From assembly GCA_002404755.1 (NCBI GenBank), contig DHKI01000032.1, forward strand, positions 43,039-107,038: a stretch of DNA of 64,000 nt, given 5' to 3'. The notes below the pieces were generated by a model. That model was not told where the DNA came from, did not search any database, and was given only the letters and a program-made list of their open reading frames with translations. The position numbers and the translations under genes were made by a program. The DNA comes from Clostridiales bacterium UBA4698. GTDB lineage: Bacteria; Bacillota; Clostridia; TANB77; UBA1234. This document shows positions 62,268-64,000 of the stretch, piece by piece. Numbering within the stretch: the stretch's first letter is position 1; each line of letters opens with the position of its first letter.

Positions 62268-64000
62268 TTGAAAATAATTTATGGACGCAGTGGATGTGGT
62301 AAAACATACTTTGCAATGAATGAGATAAAAGAAAATATAAAAGGGGCTTATGAGTGCCCCTTACTTTACATTGTGCCAGAACAATTTTCACTTACAGCTG
62401 AGGTTGACCTTTCAAAGATAATTGGCAGAGGTGGAATTATAAAAGCGGAGGTCGTTACATTTAAAAGATTGTGTCATCGAATATATAATGAACATGGCTT
62501 TAAAAAAGATACACTAGATACGGCAGCTAAAACAATGTTACTTTATTATATAATGAGCAAAAATGAAAATAAGCTAAAAGTTCTTAATGGTGTTTCTAAA
62601 AATTTAGGATTAGTTACAACTGTGAGTGATATGATTTCAGAGTTTAAGAGATATAATGTAACACCAGAAATATTAAAAAGCTTTACACCAAAAAGCGAAT
62701 ACTTAAAAATGAAACTAGATGACTTGATTTTTATATATGAAGCTTTCAAAGAAAAAAATCAAGGAAGTTACATGGATAAAGATGATGAATATACAAAAAT
62801 GTCAGAGCTTATAAAGAATTCAGAGATAGTAAAAGGTGCTAAGATATGGATAGATGGCTTCGATGGATTTACACCACAAGAATTAAATATAATAAACGAA
62901 TTAGAAAAAGTGGCAGATGTTTCTATACTTCTTACATTAGATGATTCGGATAACAACATGTTTTTACTAAACAAAAAAACATATCAAAAATTGTCAAAGG
63001 AAAATAATGTAGAACCGATATATTTAAATGAGCAAAAGAGATTTAATAATATAGAATTAAAACATTTAGAAGAAAACTATAATTCGACATTTATAAAAAA
63101 ATACGAAGAGAAAACAAAAAACATAGATATACGAATAGAAAAAAATCCATATGAGGAAATAGAAAATATCGCTATAAAGATTTTAGAAAAAGTAAGAGAT
63201 GAAAACTTAAGATATGAGAATATAGCTATAGTTACAAGAAACATAGATAGTTATAAAAACAATTTCAAGATGATTTTTACTAAGTACAACATTCCATACT
63301 TCTTTGATGATAAGCATGAGCTTTCAGCACAGCCTCTTATAACATTAGTGTCTATGCTTTTAGATATATGTACAAGCAATTACTCATATGAATCAATCTT
63401 TAATTATCTAAAAACAGGACTTACAAATGTAGAAGATGTAAACGATATAGATAGATTAGAAAATTATGTGCTAGAATGGGGTATAAAGGGCAATACATGG
63501 CTTAAAGAATGGACATTTGGTAAATCGGACTTAGAAAAAATAAATCAAATAAGAAGACAAGTAATAGAGCCAATCGTAGAATTTAAAAATAAATTCTCGA
63601 AACAGAAAAAAGTATCTGAAATAGCAAGAGAGCTATATAACTTCCTTATAGAAATAAGAGCATATGAAAATATACAAAACAAAATAAAAGAGTTAAAAGA
63701 AAAAGAAAATCCAACCGAAACCGAAATAGAGATAACAAACACATACATACAAGTATGGAACATATTTATAAAGTTATTAGATGAAATTGTAATGGTACTT
63801 GGCGAAGAAGTAGTTTCATTCGATAGATTTAAAAATATATTAAAACAAGGAATAATGCAAAATCAAATAGGAATACTTCCAACAACTAGAGACCATGTTG
63901 TGATAGGAGATGTTAGCAGGACTAGAAATTCAAATATAAAGGTCTTATTCGTAATAGGCTTAAATGATGGCGTTTTTCCAATGCCATATAATGATGAGGG
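62268..64000 (+). CDS. addB: AddB subunit of ATP-dependent helicase/nuclease AddAB, N-terminal part; continues past the window
   Basis: TTG start with an AAGGAGG RBS 8 nt upstream; LKIIYGRSGCGKTYFAMNEI is the AddB N-terminal degenerate Walker A. No stop in the window, so it is absent from the ORF track. Confidence 0.8.
   Translation, partial: MKIIYGRSGCGKTYFAMNEIKENIKGAYECPLLYIVPEQFSLTAEVDLSKIIGRGGIIKAEVVTFKRLCHRIYNEHGFKKDTLDTAAKTMLLYYIMSKNENKLKVLNGVSKNLGLVTTVSDMISEFKRYNVTPEILKSFTPKSEYLKMKLDDLIFIYEAFKEKNQGSYMDKDDEYTKMSELIKNSEIVKGAKIWIDGFDGFTPQELNIINELEKVADVSILLTLDDSDNNMFLLNKKTYQKLSKENNVEPIYLNEQKRFNNIELKHLEENYNSTFIKKYEEKTKNIDIRIEKNPYEEIENIAIKILEKVRDENLRYENIAIVTRNIDSYKNNFKMIFTKYNIPYFFDDKHELSAQPLITLVSMLLDICTSNYSYESIFNYLKTGLTNVEDVNDIDRLENYVLEWGIKGNTWLKEWTFGKSDLEKINQIRRQVIEPIVEFKNKFSKQKKVSEIARELYNFLIEIRAYENIQNKIKELKEKENPTETEIEITNTYIQVWNIFIKLLDEIVMVLGEEVVSFDRFKNILKQGIMQNQIGILPTTRDHVVIGDVSRTRNSNIKVLFVIGLNDGVFPMPYNDE

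Overview
The window is a low-GC (about 28-32 %) Firmicutes/Clostridia-type chromosomal segment. Most genes are on the + strand and most are housekeeping. Identified genes include clpE (partial), nth, rpmB, recG, lepA, rlmB, helD, rpsA, typA, queA, tgt, rpmE, mfd, a TrmH-family methyltransferase, yqfC/yqfD (sporulation), ybeY, cdd, era, recO, glyQS with a T-box leader, ppdK, a CBS-domain gene, ytvI, cmk, plsC, scpB and addB (partial). The main accessory feature is an AT-rich island of about 7.4 kb (about 23.4-30.8 kb) inserted between typA and the queA-tgt operon. It encodes a viperin-like radical SAM enzyme, a P-loop (deoxy)nucleoside kinase, a PfkB-family kinase, a TehB-like SAM methyltransferase, an elongated U32-family protein, two CYTH (triphosphate tunnel) proteins and a decayed LysR regulator. 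I read this as a candidate modified-nucleotide biosynthesis or antiviral module that has not been described with this gene content. Other accessory features are a divergent GtrB-like GT2 / polytopic membrane protein pair with a possible small flippase, which looks like a surface-glycosylation module. Three genes have elevated GC (a ThyX-like gene at 2.3-3.5 kb and two hypothetical genes at 51.9-54.9 kb). An HlyD/MacB-like permease pair has no ATPase gene next to it. helD, recO, the island kinase and the LysR gene are each split by frameshifts. Four of these frameshift windows contain the hexamer CGGAAA, placed so that the upstream frame must read an otherwise unused in-frame CGG codon. This indicates either a systematic sequencing artefact or +1 recoding at a hungry codon. 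I found no tRNA genes, rRNA genes, CRISPR arrays, transposases or integrases.
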